Positions 41,130 through 51,405 of a stretch of DNA of 64,000 nucleotides are shown piece by piece. Each line of letters opens with the position of its first letter. Position 1 is the first letter of the stretch. Below the pieces are notes generated by a model, which saw only the letters and a list, made by a program, of their open reading frames with translations, did no database searches and was not told the DNA's origin. The DNA comes from Nannocystis bainbridge (GTDB lineage: Bacteria > Myxococcota_A > Polyangia > Nannocystales > Nannocystaceae), in NCBI RefSeq assembly GCF_028368995.1, contig NZ_JAQNDL010000003.1, forward strand, positions 2,368,001-2,432,000. The letters run 5' to 3'. Both the position numbers and the translations under genes were made by a program.

Positions 41130-41690
41130 TCAGGTCAGATCATCGCCGAGCGCGCTCGCGGGTCCGCGGCCGGGCCCCGCCGCGCGCGGCACGTCGCCCA
41201 CGACCAACCTGTCCTTCGGGGCATACCCGCTGCGGGCCGCGTCGCGGGCCGCCACCGCCAGCCGATCGCAGCGCTCGTTCTGCGGGTGGCCGCTGTGACC
41301 GCGGACCCAGTGGAAGCGGATCGTGTGCGTCGCCAGGAACCCGTCGAGCGTCTGCCACAGGTCCTGGTTCTTGACCGGCTGGCGGTCGGCGGTGCGCCAG
41401 CCGGCCCGCTTCCACCCCGGCAGCCACTCGGACATGCCCTTTAAAACATATTGCGAGTCGGAGTAGAGGTCGACCGTCATCGGCCGGCGCAGCGCCCCGA
41501 GCCCGCGGATCACCGCCATCAACTCCATGCGGTTGTTGGTGGTGTGCGGCTCGCCGCCCGACTCCTCGCGCTGCTTGGCGCTCGCCGGGTGCTCCAGCAC
41601 GTACGCCCAGCCGCCCGGGCCGGGGTTCCCGGCGCACGCGCCGTCGGTATACAAGAGGACATACGCGAGTCGCGGGTCGTCCGGTTGCAT
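41130..41690 (-). CDS. rnhA: Ribonuclease HI
   Basis: [42 protein letters not shown] and NERCDRLA. Confidence 0.96.
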   Translation of the reverse strand: MQPDDPRLAYVLLYTDGACAGNPGPGGWAYVLEHPASAKQREESGGEPHTTNNRMELMAVIRGLGALRRPMTVDLYSDSQYVLKGMSEWLPGWKRAGWRTADRQPVKNQDLWQTLDGFLATHTIRFHWVRGHSGHPQNERCDRLAVAARDAARSGYAPKDRLVVGDVPRAAGPGRGPASALGDDLT

Positions 41691-41731
41691 CTGCGACGCA
41701 AGCTACCCGACCCGCGCCCCGCTGCCAACCT

Positions 41732-42571
41732 CTACAGGTCGAAGCCGCAGCAGGTGGCGGCCTCCTGGGCCTGGGCTTCGACGTCGAGGTCGCAGAAGTC
41801 GGCCACCGCGGGGCACTCGCCCTGGGGCATGTCGTCGACGAGGCAGGTGCAGGTGTCGCCCTCGCATCTGAACTCGACGGTCGGCTGGCCGGTGCACTCC
41901 TGGCCGAGCGAGCAGCTGCCGGGGCCGCCCTCGGAGCCGAAGCCGACGCAGTCGTCCTGGGCGCAGATCATGTTCGTGGCGTCGAACTCGTCCTGGCACG
42001 GGCCGAACACCTCGTCCTCGAAAGCCTTGTTCAGCTCGTCGCAGGTCATGGTGCCGATGCAGCCGTTGAACGCGACGGTGGCGTCGAGGCAGCCCTCGCC
42101 CTCGCCGAGCGAGCTGGCGCAGTCGCCCTTGCAGCTGGCGACGTCGGGGAACGGCGGGTTCGGGAAGCACTCGAAGAACTTGTCGCAGGCCGCCATGCAG
42201 GCCGCGTCGAGCTCGGGCGGGACCGGCTCGCCGGTGTCCGTGTCGGTGTCGGGCGGCACCATGGTGGTCTCGCCCGCGGTCGCCGTCTGGTCGACCGTCG
42301 TCTCGCCGCCCATCGTGTCGAGCGTGGCGCCCTGCGTCTCGCTGGTGCCCTCGGTCGCCGTCATGCCGCCCTCGGTCGGCGTGCCCGTCGAAGTCGGCGT
42401 ACCGGTGCTCGCGTCGCTGGCGGTCGCGTCGGTGTCGGTCGCGTCGGTGGTCGCCTCGGTCGCGGTGGCGGTCGTGCTGTCGGTCTCGCTCCCCTGCCCG
42501 GGACAGGCTGCGAGCGGCAGCGTGCAGGCGATGAGGAGCGTGCGAAGATCGGAGCGAAGGGTAAGGCTCAT
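41732..42571 (-). CDS. Cys-rich lipoprotein with Thr-rich linker
   Basis: Lipobox PLAAC, Thr/Glu linker and many Cys (CMAACDKFFEC, CTCLVD). Confidence 0.8.
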   Translation of the reverse strand: MSLTLRSDLRTLLIACTLPLAACPGQGSETDSTTATATEATTDATDTDATASDASTGTPTSTGTPTEGGMTATEGTSETQGATLDTMGGETTVDQTATAGETTMVPPDTDTDTGEPVPPELDAACMAACDKFFECFPNPPFPDVASCKGDCASSLGEGEGCLDATVAFNGCIGTMTCDELNKAFEDEVFGPCQDEFDATNMICAQDDCVGFGSEGGPGSCSLGQECTGQPTVEFRCEGDTCTCLVDDMPQGECPAVADFCDLDVEAQAQEAATCCGFDL

Positions 42572-43131
42572 GCGGCGAAGGGTGCAGCGAGCGACCTGCG
42601 AAGTCCAGGCGCGATGTCGTGCCCGGTGCAGACCCATGCGCCGCGTCTTCGGCCTCGTCGTCGAGCGAGAAGACGTGCTCGCGGTGCAGGGTTCGCGCGA
42701 GCTCGCGTCTTCACGAGCGCGAGCGCCTCAGCGATCGATGACCTCGACGCCGATCCGCTCGAGCGCGCGGCGAGAGTCGTGACGCCACCGAACGAACGCA
42801 CGCGGCGGCGCGACCATGTCCACGAGCTTCAGCGTCACCGCGCGGACATGTCCCATCGGCAATGTCCCATCGACCATGTCCACGGACCGTCCACGTCGAC
42901 GTGGACCGTTCTCCGCGGAGCCGCTCGCGGACACCATGAAGTGGAAGCGGGCCTCGGCGGCGCTCATCACCACGGTTGTCTCGGCTCGTGCGCGCGAGCA
43001 ACTCCCGGGCGGGCCGTGAGGCCGCCTCGATGCCCCGGATTTAACGCGAACAGCCCCACGGCGCGAGGCGCCGGGGGCCGTCGGGAGCGGACAGGAGAGG
43101 CCGCCGTGAGTCGGGCCGTGCGGCCCTGGAC

Positions 43132-43584
43132 TCACTTCTGGACGCGGATCATCTGGCGATCGAGGGTCACGAACTTGTGACCGTTGCAGCGGGTCGCGAC
43201 CTCGATCGTGACGCTGGTGCCGGCCGGCCCGCGGAGGGCGGCGGCCCAGTCTTCGACGCTGACCGGGTACATGCCGTCGACCGACACGAGGTGCATGCCC
43301 TCGCGGAGGACGCCGTCGGCCGGGGCGCCGGGGAGGATGTCACGGACGACCACGAACTCGCCGCGCTGCTGGATCACCGCGCCGATGCCCGAGTAGGTGT
43401 AACCGCGTTCCGCGACGGTGCGCTGGGCCTTGCAGTTGGTGCCGGCGTAGCGCTGCAGCAGGGCGGCCGAAGTCGCCATCGAGCCGGCGAGGATGATCGA
43501 GCCGAGGACGATCTTTCGCGCTGTGCGCCAGCGGGAGATCGAAGTGGTCAGGTTGGTGTCGGTCTCTGAATTCTGCATGACCAT
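43132..43584 (-). CDS. Small membrane-anchored PDZ-domain protein
   Basis: TM helix, then YSGIGAVI, ILPGAPA, LVSVDG and LRGPAGTSVTIEV (S41/CtpA-type PDZ). Confidence 0.8.
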   Translation of the reverse strand: MVMQNSETDTNLTTSISRWRTARKIVLGSIILAGSMATSAALLQRYAGTNCKAQRTVAERGYTYSGIGAVIQQRGEFVVVRDILPGAPADGVLREGMHLVSVDGMYPVSVEDWAAALRGPAGTSVTIEVATRCNGHKFVTLDRQMIRVQK

Positions 43585-43777
43585 CGCTCCTGTGCCTGAC
43601 GCCTCAAGGTCGTGGATGCTCAGGCTTGTCGAGTGTTTCACAGCTTCGCGGGGGTTGCCAGCGGCGCAAATACCGGCCGCTGCGCGGCGCCATTCCCGGC
43701 CTTCTGCTCGAGTTCGCCCGGGCGAACTGCCAGCTTCTTTGCCAAGCGCCCGCCGTTCGGGCTATAGGCGTGCCCCC

Positions 43778-44677
43778 ATGCCCCTCCTGCGGCTGTTCGT
43801 CCCTCTGACCCTGGTGTCGGTCCTCGCCTGCGACAAGTCGACGCCTGCCACCCCGGCGCTGACGCCCCCGCCCGCAGCGATCGTCTCGGCCGACCCGCCG
43901 GCCCCTGAGCCCGCTCCCGCGGCCGCGGCGGCGCCTCAGGAGCCCGCGATCGCGCCGGCGACCCCGGAGCCGCTGCCCGAAGAGGTCGCCACGGCCCCCA
44001 GCGGCCCGCGCAAGGTGCTCGTGCTCGGCGACAGCCTGGCCGCGACCGGCTTCGGCGCGATGCTCGAGAAGAAGCTCGACGAGCACCCCGACATCGAGTG
44101 CTTCCGCAAGGCCAAGAGCGCGACCGGCCTGGCTCGGCCCGACTTCTATGACTGGGAGTCCGAGGCCAAGAAGGCGGTCGAGCAGCGCAAGCCCGACCTC
44201 GTGGTCGTCATCATGGGCGGCAACGACGGCCAGGACCTCACCACCAAGTCCGGCAAGGGCAAGCGCGTGGCCTGGAAGTCGGACGGCTGGAACGACGCCT
44301 ACAAGGCGCGGGTCGCTGAATTCCTCGGTGAGATCTCCGCCGAGGGCCGCAAGGTCCTGTGGCTCGGTCTGCCGCGCACCGGCACCACCAGCTTCGAGCA
44401 GAAGCTCACCACCATCCGCGACCTGCAGAGCCAGGCGCTCGCCGACTTCGGCGAGGCCGGGGTCTACCTCGACACTTCGCCCTTCATCACCGACTCGGCC
44501 GGCGAGCTCATCGACACCGCCACGATCGGCAAGCGCAAGGCCCAGGCCCTGCGCGAAGAGGACGGCATCCACTTCACGATGGCCGGCAGCGAGTTCTTCG
44601 CCGACAAGGTCTATCCCGAGGTCCTGCGCGTGCTCGGCGTCGAAGACGCTGCTGTGGCCAAAAAGCCCCAGAAGTGA
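43778..44677 (+). CDS. SGNH/GDSL hydrolase lipoprotein (DUF459-like)
   Basis: VLAC lipobox, LGDSL, TGLARPDFYDW, GGND and DGIHFT. Confidence 0.9.
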   Translation: MPLLRLFVPLTLVSVLACDKSTPATPALTPPPAAIVSADPPAPEPAPAAAAAPQEPAIAPATPEPLPEEVATAPSGPRKVLVLGDSLAATGFGAMLEKKLDEHPDIECFRKAKSATGLARPDFYDWESEAKKAVEQRKPDLVVVIMGGNDGQDLTTKSGKGKRVAWKSDGWNDAYKARVAEFLGEISAEGRKVLWLGLPRTGTTSFEQKLTTIRDLQSQALADFGEAGVYLDTSPFITDSAGELIDTATIGKRKAQALREEDGIHFTMAGSEFFADKVYPEVLRVLGVEDAAVAKKPQK

Positions 44678-44730
44678 CGCGGGAAGATCTCCCGTGCGCC
44701 GCGCCTCGCGCGCCGCGCACGGCGACGATC

Positions 44731-44745
44731 TGCAATCCGATTGCA
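44731..44745. promoter_or_regulatory. Inverted repeat, possible regulator operator upstream of the MepA-like gene
   Basis: TGCAATC-C-GATTGCA in an AT-richer intergenic patch. Confidence 0.35.
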
Positions 44746-44906
44746 ATAGTAATTTCGCCCCCAGGGTCCCGCGAACGCCGCCGTCCGGCCGCATCGCGCG
44801 GCAACAGACAACTGGTTCGCGGCCAGCGCCGTGAGCGGCGAGGCCCGCGCGGCACGAGTGCCCGCGGTGGATAGCCTCTGCTAGCTTGTCCGGTGCTCTT
44901 GCCCGC

Positions 44907-46361
44907 ATGACTCTAGCCCCGTCCGCACGCCCCTTCCGACGCGCCTCCATCGGCAGGTGGTGGTCGTTCTGGGCCCTGCTCGTGGTCCTCTGCGGCGGTC
45001 TGGCCTCGCCCCTGGTGTCCGAGGCCGCGGCCGCGGGCAGCAAGAAGGGCGCGAGCAGCAGCAAGGGCAAGAAGAGCAGCAGCAGCAGCAAGGGCAAGAA
45101 GGGCAAGACCAGCAAGAAGCCGGCGGCCGCGAGGCCGGTGCGGCCGCTGCGACGCGACGTGGACGGCCCGCAGTCTGTCCCCGACGACAGCTTCGAGGAC
45201 ACCGACACCGACGGCGAGGGCGACCTCGAGGACGAGAGCGGCGAGAACGGCGACCCGGAGTCGGAGCTCGAGGCGATCGAGCGCGAGCTGCTGTCGCAGC
45301 CGGCGGGCCCCGAGCCGGAGATCGTATACGCCGAGGGGCCGCCTCCGCCCCCGCCCCCGCCCGTCAAGGCGCGCTCGCTCAAGCACCTGCTGATCCCCGG
45401 CGAGACGCTCGACGAGGTCGCCAAGCTGTATCAGGTCGAGGTCGGTGACCTCGCCAAGTGGAACGCCATCCGCGCGGGTGAGCCGATCCCGAAGAAGAAG
45501 AAGGACCTGCGGGTGATCACCACCCACACGCCGCCGCCGCGCGAGAAGCTCGAGCACGAGATCAAGCGCGGCGACACCTGGGAGGCGATCGCCGCCGAGT
45601 TCGGGGTCGAGGTCGCCAGGCTGCGCCAGCAGAACCCGCGCCTCGGCGACAAGCTGGCCCCCAAGCCGAAGCAGAAGCTCAAGGTCGTCGCCTGGAAGGA
45701 CCTCGACCTCACGCCCTCGGCCGGCCTCGGGACCAAGCTCGGACAGATCCGCGTGCGCGCCGGCGGCCTCAGCATCGGCAAGCCCAACCGCGGCAAGCTG
45801 GTCCGCGGCGTCGAACTGCCCGACCGCCCCGACCTCTACGTCAAGCGCAAGCCCGACGAGTCGTTCGCCTCGACCCACACGGTGATGCAGACGATGGCGG
45901 CGATCACCCGCTTCCGCCACGACAGCAACTTCAAGGGCCAGGTCGTGATCGGCGGGATGAGCCGGGCCCGCGGCGGCCGGTTCCGGCCCCACAAGTCGCA
46001 CCAGAGCGGCCGCGACGTCGACATCCGCCTGCCGGTGCTGCGCGCGGCCGAGGGCAAGCGCCACATCACCTCCGCCGACGTCGACTGGAAGGCGACCTGG
46101 CAGCTGATGCGCGCCTTCCTCGACACCGGCGAGGTCGAGTACATCTTCCTCGAGTTCGCGCTGCAGAAGCGGATCTACAAGGCCGCCCGCGAGTCCGGCG
46201 TGTCGCAGGAGCAGATCGACGCGTGGCTCGAGTGGCCGAAGAAGATCAAGGGCCGCAGCAACAAGCGCGTCCTCATCCGCCACGTCGAGGGCCACCGCAC
46301 GCACATGCACGTGCGCATCCGCTGCGGCCCGCAAGAGAAGCACTGCTACTCGTCGCGCTGA
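44907..46361 (+). CDS. LysM-containing penicillin-insensitive murein endopeptidase (MepA-like)
   Basis: Two LysM repeats (PGETLDEVAKLY, RGDTWEAIAAEFGV), SIGKPNRGKL, HKSHQSGRDVD and H.THMHVR. Confidence 0.88.
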   Translation: MTLAPSARPFRRASIGRWWSFWALLVVLCGGLASPLVSEAAAAGSKKGASSSKGKKSSSSSKGKKGKTSKKPAAARPVRPLRRDVDGPQSVPDDSFEDTDTDGEGDLEDESGENGDPESELEAIERELLSQPAGPEPEIVYAEGPPPPPPPPVKARSLKHLLIPGETLDEVAKLYQVEVGDLAKWNAIRAGEPIPKKKKDLRVITTHTPPPREKLEHEIKRGDTWEAIAAEFGVEVARLRQQNPRLGDKLAPKPKQKLKVVAWKDLDLTPSAGLGTKLGQIRVRAGGLSIGKPNRGKLVRGVELPDRPDLYVKRKPDESFASTHTVMQTMAAITRFRHDSNFKGQVVIGGMSRARGGRFRPHKSHQSGRDVDIRLPVLRAAEGKRHITSADVDWKATWQLMRAFLDTGEVEYIFLEFALQKRIYKAARESGVSQEQIDAWLEWPKKIKGRSNKRVLIRHVEGHRTHMHVRIRCGPQEKHCYSSR

Positions 46362-46375
46362 GCGCGGCCGCCCGC

Positions 46376-46837
46376 ATGTCCCTCGAAGCCCTGTGTCAGC
46401 GCTGCGCGCTCTGTTGCGACGGCAACCTGTTCGCGACCGTCCCGCTGCGCGCGGACGAGGTCGAGGCCGTGCGTCGACATGGCCTCGTCGTCCTCGAGCG
46501 CGCCGCCGGCCCGGTGATGAGCCAGCCGTGCGCCGGCCTGCAGGCCGAGAGCTGCACGCTCTACCCCGATCGGCCGGCGCCGTGCCGCAGCTACGCGTGC
46601 ATGCTGTACGCCGCGCTGGCGGAGGGCGAGGTCGGGCTCGCCGACGCACTCGCGGTGGTCGCCGAGGCCCGGGCCCGGCTGATCGCCGTCGCGAGCGCCC
46701 TGCCCGGCGACGGGCCGGCGCTGGTGCGGGCGCGGGCCGCGGCGCGCGACGGTCACCTGTCCCCGGAGACACACGCGCTGGTGGTCCGCGCGAGCGAATT
46801 CCTCGAGCGACGTTTTCGCGGCCATACGCGCCGCTGA
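46376..46837 (+). CDS. YkgJ-family cysteine-cluster protein
   Basis: CQRCALCCDG...QPC......CTLYPDRP..CRSYAC. Confidence 0.85.
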   Translation: MSLEALCQRCALCCDGNLFATVPLRADEVEAVRRHGLVVLERAAGPVMSQPCAGLQAESCTLYPDRPAPCRSYACMLYAALAEGEVGLADALAVVAEARARLIAVASALPGDGPALVRARAAARDGHLSPETHALVVRASEFLERRFRGHTRR

Positions 46838-46932
46838 GGCCCGCAGCGGCCCGCTGAGGCCCGCAGCGGCCCGCGCGGGAGTGCGCAAACCCACAACATG
46901 GGCCCCAGGCGGCGCTGATATGCTCCTGCGCC

Positions 46933-48075
46933 ATGGACAGCGGCAAGCCCAAGCTGTGGAACTTCTCGGCCGGTCCGGCCATTCTCCCGCCGGTGGTGCT
47001 CGAGCGCGCGGCCGAGGCCGTGCACGAGCTGCGCCAGGACGGGCACATCCGCGACGCCGCCGGCGTCGGCATGTCGATCCTCGAGATCTCCCACCGCAGC
47101 GCCCCATACGAGGCGATCACGTTCGGCGCCGAGAAGCTGGTCCACGACGTCCTCGGCGTGCCCGACACGCACCAGGTGCTGTTCCTGCAGGGCGGCGCCA
47201 GCCTGCAGTTCGTGATGGTGCCGATGAACCTGCGCGAGGCCGACAAGTTCGCCGCCTACGTCGACACCGGCGTGTGGGCCAGCCGCGCCATCACCGAGAG
47301 CGAGGGCCTCGGGCCCACGCGCGTGATCGGCAGCTCGAAGGCCACCAACTACGATCGCATCCCCGAGTTCCCCGCGGCCGACAGCTACGCCGGCGCCAGC
47401 TACCTCCACATCACCACCAACAACACCATCTACGGCACCGAGTACCCGGAGATCCCGGCGGCCGAGGGCGGCGTGCCGCTGGTGATCGACTTCTCGAGCC
47501 ACGCCGGCTCGCGGCCGATGGCGCTCGAGCGGGCCGCGATCGGCTACGCCGGCGCGCAGAAGAACCTCGGGCCCTCGGGCGTGACGCTGGTGTACGTGCG
47601 CAAGGACCTGATCGCCAGGAAGCCCGCGGCGCCGGTGCCGGTCTACCTGCGCTACGCGACCCACGCCAAGGAGCCGAGCCTCTACAACACGCCCAACACC
47701 TTCGGCGTGCTGGTGCTCAAGCTGGTGCTCGAGTGGATGCGCGACGAGGGCGGCATCGAGGCGATCGGCGCCCGCAACGAGCGCAAGGCGCAGAAGCTGT
47801 ACGACGTGCTCGACAACAGCAAGGTGTTCCAGCCGCACGCCCAGCAGGGCAGCCGCTCGCGCATGAACGTGACCTGGACCTGCGCGCGTGCCCCCGAGGC
47901 CCAGCGCGAGGCGATCGCCAAGAAGTTCCTGACCGAGGCGCAGGCGCTCGGGTTCGACGGGCTCAAGGGTCACCGCTCGGTCGGCGGCTTCCGGGCCTCG
48001 ATCTACAACGCCTTCCCCGAGGCCGGCGTCGCCGCGCTGTGCGAGTTCATCCGCGAGTTCGAGCGCCGCCTGTAA
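46933..48075 (+). CDS. serC: Phosphoserine aminotransferase
   Basis: NFSAGPA.LP, SILEISHRS, LQGGASLQF, NNTIYG, YAGAQKNLGP.G, NTP and GHRSVGGFRASIYNA. Confidence 0.96.
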   Translation: MDSGKPKLWNFSAGPAILPPVVLERAAEAVHELRQDGHIRDAAGVGMSILEISHRSAPYEAITFGAEKLVHDVLGVPDTHQVLFLQGGASLQFVMVPMNLREADKFAAYVDTGVWASRAITESEGLGPTRVIGSSKATNYDRIPEFPAADSYAGASYLHITTNNTIYGTEYPEIPAAEGGVPLVIDFSSHAGSRPMALERAAIGYAGAQKNLGPSGVTLVYVRKDLIARKPAAPVPVYLRYATHAKEPSLYNTPNTFGVLVLKLVLEWMRDEGGIEAIGARNERKAQKLYDVLDNSKVFQPHAQQGSRSRMNVTWTCARAPEAQREAIAKKFLTEAQALGFDGLKGHRSVGGFRASIYNAFPEAGVAALCEFIREFERRL

Positions 48076-48078
48076 GCC

Positions 48079-48753
48079 ATGTCCGAGACGATGAAGGCCC
48101 CGGGCTGGGCCGCGATCGACGCCGCCTGCCAGCGGCTCTACGCGCGCCAGGTCCCGCACCAGTACACCAGCAAGACCGCGTACGAGCTCGAGTCGTCGAG
48201 CCCGTTGCCGGCGATCACCGTGTGGGAGGGCCAGCGCCCGCTCCACTGGCACTACGTCACCTACGGCCTGACCGAGCTGTTCGAGAAGACATCCCACGAC
48301 CCGAACGTGTCCGGCTTCGGCTTCGAGCTGACGATGCGCGTGCCGCGGGCCGAGGGTGAGGCCGAGCCGCCGGCGTGGCCGCTGCGCACGCTGCAGAGCC
48401 TCGGCCGCTACGTGCTCGGCAGCCGCAAGGGCTTCGACACCGGCCACCGCGCCGACCTCGGCGGCCCCATCGCCGCCAGCGCGCCCACCGAGCTGACCGC
48501 CCTCGTCTGCGTGCCCGACCCACTGCTCGGCAAGATCACCGGCCCCTACGGCTCGCTGCTGTTCCTCCAGGTCATCGGCGTCACCGCCGACGAGCTGGCG
48601 GCGATGGAGCGCCTCGACCACGAGGGCGTGGTCCACATGATGGGCGAGCTCGATTTCCACGGCCTGACGGACCTGTCCCGCGGGTCATGGCTGAAGAACC
48701 CGCAGAAGGCCCCGGTGGTCCGCCGCTACCAGCTCGGCATCCTCCGCGACTGA
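48079..48753 (+). CDS. Suppressor-of-fused (SUFU) domain protein
   Basis: PGWAAID, HWHYVTYGLTEL, SGFGFELTMR, WP...LQ.L.RYV and FLQVIGVTADE. Confidence 0.9.
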   Translation: MSETMKAPGWAAIDAACQRLYARQVPHQYTSKTAYELESSSPLPAITVWEGQRPLHWHYVTYGLTELFEKTSHDPNVSGFGFELTMRVPRAEGEAEPPAWPLRTLQSLGRYVLGSRKGFDTGHRADLGGPIAASAPTELTALVCVPDPLLGKITGPYGSLLFLQVIGVTADELAAMERLDHEGVVHMMGELDFHGLTDLSRGSWLKNPQKAPVVRRYQLGILRD

Positions 48754-48835
48754 GCCGTTCGGACATGTCCTCTGCGACATGTCCTTTGCGCAATGCCCCG
48801 AAGGACATGTCCTCCTCGACATGTCCTTTCGCGCA
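48752..48835. repeat. Head-to-tail array of six 14-bp TGTC-N6-GACA-type units
   Basis: GAGCCGTTCGGACA|TGTCCTCTGCGACA|TGTCCTTTGCGCAA|TGCCCCGAAGGACA|TGTCCTCCTCGACA|TGTCCTTTCGCGCA. Confidence 0.85.
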
Positions 48836-48846
48836 TCTCCGCCCGC

Positions 48847-50010
48847 TCACGGCTCGGGCGGGTTGACGCACGCCACGAACTCGCCGCAGCTCTCGATCTT
48901 CATGCACCGGCGCATCTGCGGCCGGTTCCAGTCGGTCACCGCGAACTCGCACATGCGCTGGCACGAGCGCACGTAGCGGTCGCGCGCCTTGCCCTCCGGC
49001 GGGGCCACGTTGTTGGCGTCGGCCTCGCATTGCAGCTGGCGCTCGCACAGCTGCTGGCACAGGGCGGCCTCGTCGTTGACCGGCGCGGGCGCGCTGGTCG
49101 GCGTCGTCGTCGCCGGGGTCGGGCTGGTCGACGCCGGCGGCGCGCCGGGTGACGGCCGGGGGGACACGGCAACCGCGACGCAGGTGCCATCTGGCCTTCG
49201 GGACATGCCCACAGGGCAGGGTTCGGCCGCGCAGGTGTGGCCGTCCCAGCGGCTGCCGCTCGGGCAGGCCGTCGACTGCGCCACCGCCAGCCCGGGCAGC
49301 GCGCTCAGCTCGATGCGGATCAGCGCCCCGCAGCCCTCCGGCGCCCGCGTGTCCGCCGTGGTCGCCGCGTCGCAGCTGGCGGGCTGGCCGTCGGCCGACA
49401 GCGTCTCGCGCTCGGCCGACGAGCCGACGCCGGCGCCGATCTGGTTGAAGCCGCCGCCGACCTTGATCTCGCCCGCGCCGCCGGCGAAGAAGTGGAACGC
49501 GCCGACCTGCACGCCGGTGATGATGTGCGTGGCCGCGTCGCAGTCGCCCGCCAGCAGGTCGCGCCCGGGCCGGCCCGCCGGCGCCTCGAGCATGCCGACC
49601 AGCGCGATCTCGACGTCGAGCTCACCCGAGCGCGCCAGCTTGCTCTCGAGCCGCGCCGCGCCGAGCGGGAGCTGGGCGTAGAGCTCGTCGGCGCTGCGGA
49701 TCTTGACGCGGTCGTTCTTGCGGGTGAGGCCGAGGTAGGCGTACTGGCCCTGGACGGCGCACTGGCGCTGGATGGCGATCTCGCACCCGTCGACGCGCAC
49801 GGCCACGAGCCCGCGCTTGAGCCGGGCTTCGAGCGAGGCCCGCTCGGCGGCCGCCCACTCGACCACCAGCGGGTGCGAGGCGGCTCCGCCGACGACGCAC
49901 TTGCCCTGCCCGGGGATCTCGAGCTCCGGCGGCTTCGCCAACCGCTCGGCCGGACTGCGACACGAGCCGAGCGCCAACACGACCGCGAACCAACCGCCGG
50001 GGCGAATCAC
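48847..50010 (-). CDS. Cys-rich lipoprotein, hypothetical
   Basis: Lipobox LGSC, PLVVEW...R..LE, a Pro/Thr linker and a Cys-rich tail. Confidence 0.75.
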   Translation of the reverse strand: MIRPGGWFAVVLALGSCRSPAERLAKPPELEIPGQGKCVVGGAASHPLVVEWAAAERASLEARLKRGLVAVRVDGCEIAIQRQCAVQGQYAYLGLTRKNDRVKIRSADELYAQLPLGAARLESKLARSGELDVEIALVGMLEAPAGRPGRDLLAGDCDAATHIITGVQVGAFHFFAGGAGEIKVGGGFNQIGAGVGSSAERETLSADGQPASCDAATTADTRAPEGCGALIRIELSALPGLAVAQSTACPSGSRWDGHTCAAEPCPVGMSRRPDGTCVAVAVSPRPSPGAPPASTSPTPATTTPTSAPAPVNDEAALCQQLCERQLQCEADANNVAPPEGKARDRYVRSCQRMCEFAVTDWNRPQMRRCMKIESCGEFVACVNPPEP

Positions 50011-50070
50011 GGGCGCAGCCTACCAGACCTCGACTTCCACGCCGCGCCGACGATGCGTGACCTCGCGCCG

Positions 50071-50274
50071 TCACGGCCGCGCGGCGACGATCTCCGCCTC
50101 GAGCTGGGACCACACCTCGGGCCCGAACAGCCGCGACAAGTCCACGTGCGCCTGCAACCGCTCGAGCGTGAGGTACGGGGTCTCGCTGGCCTTCAACATC
50201 ACCCGCGCGGCTGCGGTCCGCGCCTCGTGCAGCGCGGCCCGCCGGTCCGGCGAGCGCTCGTCCTCGGCGGTCAT
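50071..50274 (-). CDS. Small hypothetical protein
   Basis: 67-aa ORF with typical codon bias between co-oriented genes. Confidence 0.45.
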   Translation of the reverse strand: MTAEDERSPDRRAALHEARTAAARVMLKASETPYLTLERLQAHVDLSRLFGPEVWSQLEAEIVAARP

Positions 50275-50407
50275 CGCCCGGTCACGGCGCCGCTCCGCAT
50301 CAACCTGTCTCTTCGGACAGCCCACACAGCGAACCGTCCCACATGTCTCTTCGGACAGCTCACTCGCGGGCGCGCGCGCTCGGCCGCGCGCGCCTGCGTC
50401 CCCGCGC

Positions 50408-51343
50408 TCAGATCCCGCAGGACCACTTGGCCAGCGGCTCGGCGCCGTCGCCCTTGAGCTTGAAGATGCGGTCGCCGCCGCCGCCGTCGGTGAGGACCGC
50501 GTTGACCCACACTTCTTGCGACTTGTCGCCGTCGAGGTCGAGGAACGCGCGGACCGTGTAGGTCTCGGTGTCGTTGCGCGACTCGAGCAGCGGGAACCAC
50601 TTGCCCGGGGCGGTGGCGCGCTGCATCAGCACGCCGCTGTACGACAGCCGCTCGCTGTCCTTCGGGTTGACCACGTAGACCGAGAACAGCTTGTCGGCCT
50701 GGCCGTCGCCGTCGACGTCGAACGACACCGATTGGTTGATCTGCAGCTCGGCGTCGGGCTTGACCAGCTCGGTCAGCGCCCGCTTCTCCTCCTCGCTGGC
50801 GACCCGGCCCTTCTCGCTGTACGTCTCGGGGTCGGTGCGGTTGATCAGCTTGCCCATCGACTTCGGGAACACCGCGTAGTCGAACGTCTCGCCGGCGTCG
50901 ACCGAGGCGATGCCGAGGCTGGTCGGCTTGTCCTCGCCCGGCTGGCACATCGCGCTCTTGGGCGCCCCGGCCTTGTCGAGCTTCTCGACGCTGTTCGAGC
51001 GCAGGTACACCTCGTCGTCGGCCTTGACCAGCGCCAGGCAGTCCTTGCCGCCGGCCAGCTTCTTCTTGGCGCTGTCGTAGCAGCCGATCGGGATGAGCGC
51101 GCCGTCGACCGTGAAGAACACCGCGCTCGCCTCGGGCGGCACCGGCCCGCTGAGGTCCAGCGCCTGCACGGCCTTGTCGAGGCTGGTCGCGTCGTTGCGC
51201 TTGGTGTCGATGACCTCGGTCTTGGCGTCGGCCTTGGCGTCCTTGGCGTCGGCCTTGGTGCCCTTGGCGGGGTCGCTGGCGCCGCCGCAAGCGGCGATGA
51301 CGAGGGCGAGCGTGAGGGGGAGGGCGGCCTGGCGTGCGATCAT
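50408..51343 (-). CDS. Hypothetical lipoprotein with DxDGDG Ca-binding-like motifs
   Basis: Lipobox IAAC, Lys/Asp/Ala repeat, DVDGDG and DLDGDK. Confidence 0.8.
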   Translation of the reverse strand: MIARQAALPLTLALVIAACGGASDPAKGTKADAKDAKADAKTEVIDTKRNDATSLDKAVQALDLSGPVPPEASAVFFTVDGALIPIGCYDSAKKKLAGGKDCLALVKADDEVYLRSNSVEKLDKAGAPKSAMCQPGEDKPTSLGIASVDAGETFDYAVFPKSMGKLINRTDPETYSEKGRVASEEEKRALTELVKPDAELQINQSVSFDVDGDGQADKLFSVYVVNPKDSERLSYSGVLMQRATAPGKWFPLLESRNDTETYTVRAFLDLDGDKSQEVWVNAVLTDGGGGDRIFKLKGDGAEPLAKWSCGI

Positions 51344-51405
51344 GGCGGGCGCACGATAGCAACAGGACTGTCCACCGCCAAGCCGCTGACCTACGCTGCG
51401 GGCCC

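Noticed and set aside
42728-43135. 135-aa minus-strand ORF
   Set aside because: No recognisable domain and weak codon bias, and it overlaps a degenerate palindrome array at 42849-42890. A small or decayed gene cannot be excluded.
48079-48753. SUFU gene as part of a polymorphic toxin-immunity locus
   Set aside because: No adjacent toxin gene; it simply follows serC.
48752-48835. 14-bp-period arrays as CRISPR arrays
   Set aside because: The units are far too short (about 8-bp junction plus 6-bp variable part) and there are no cas genes.
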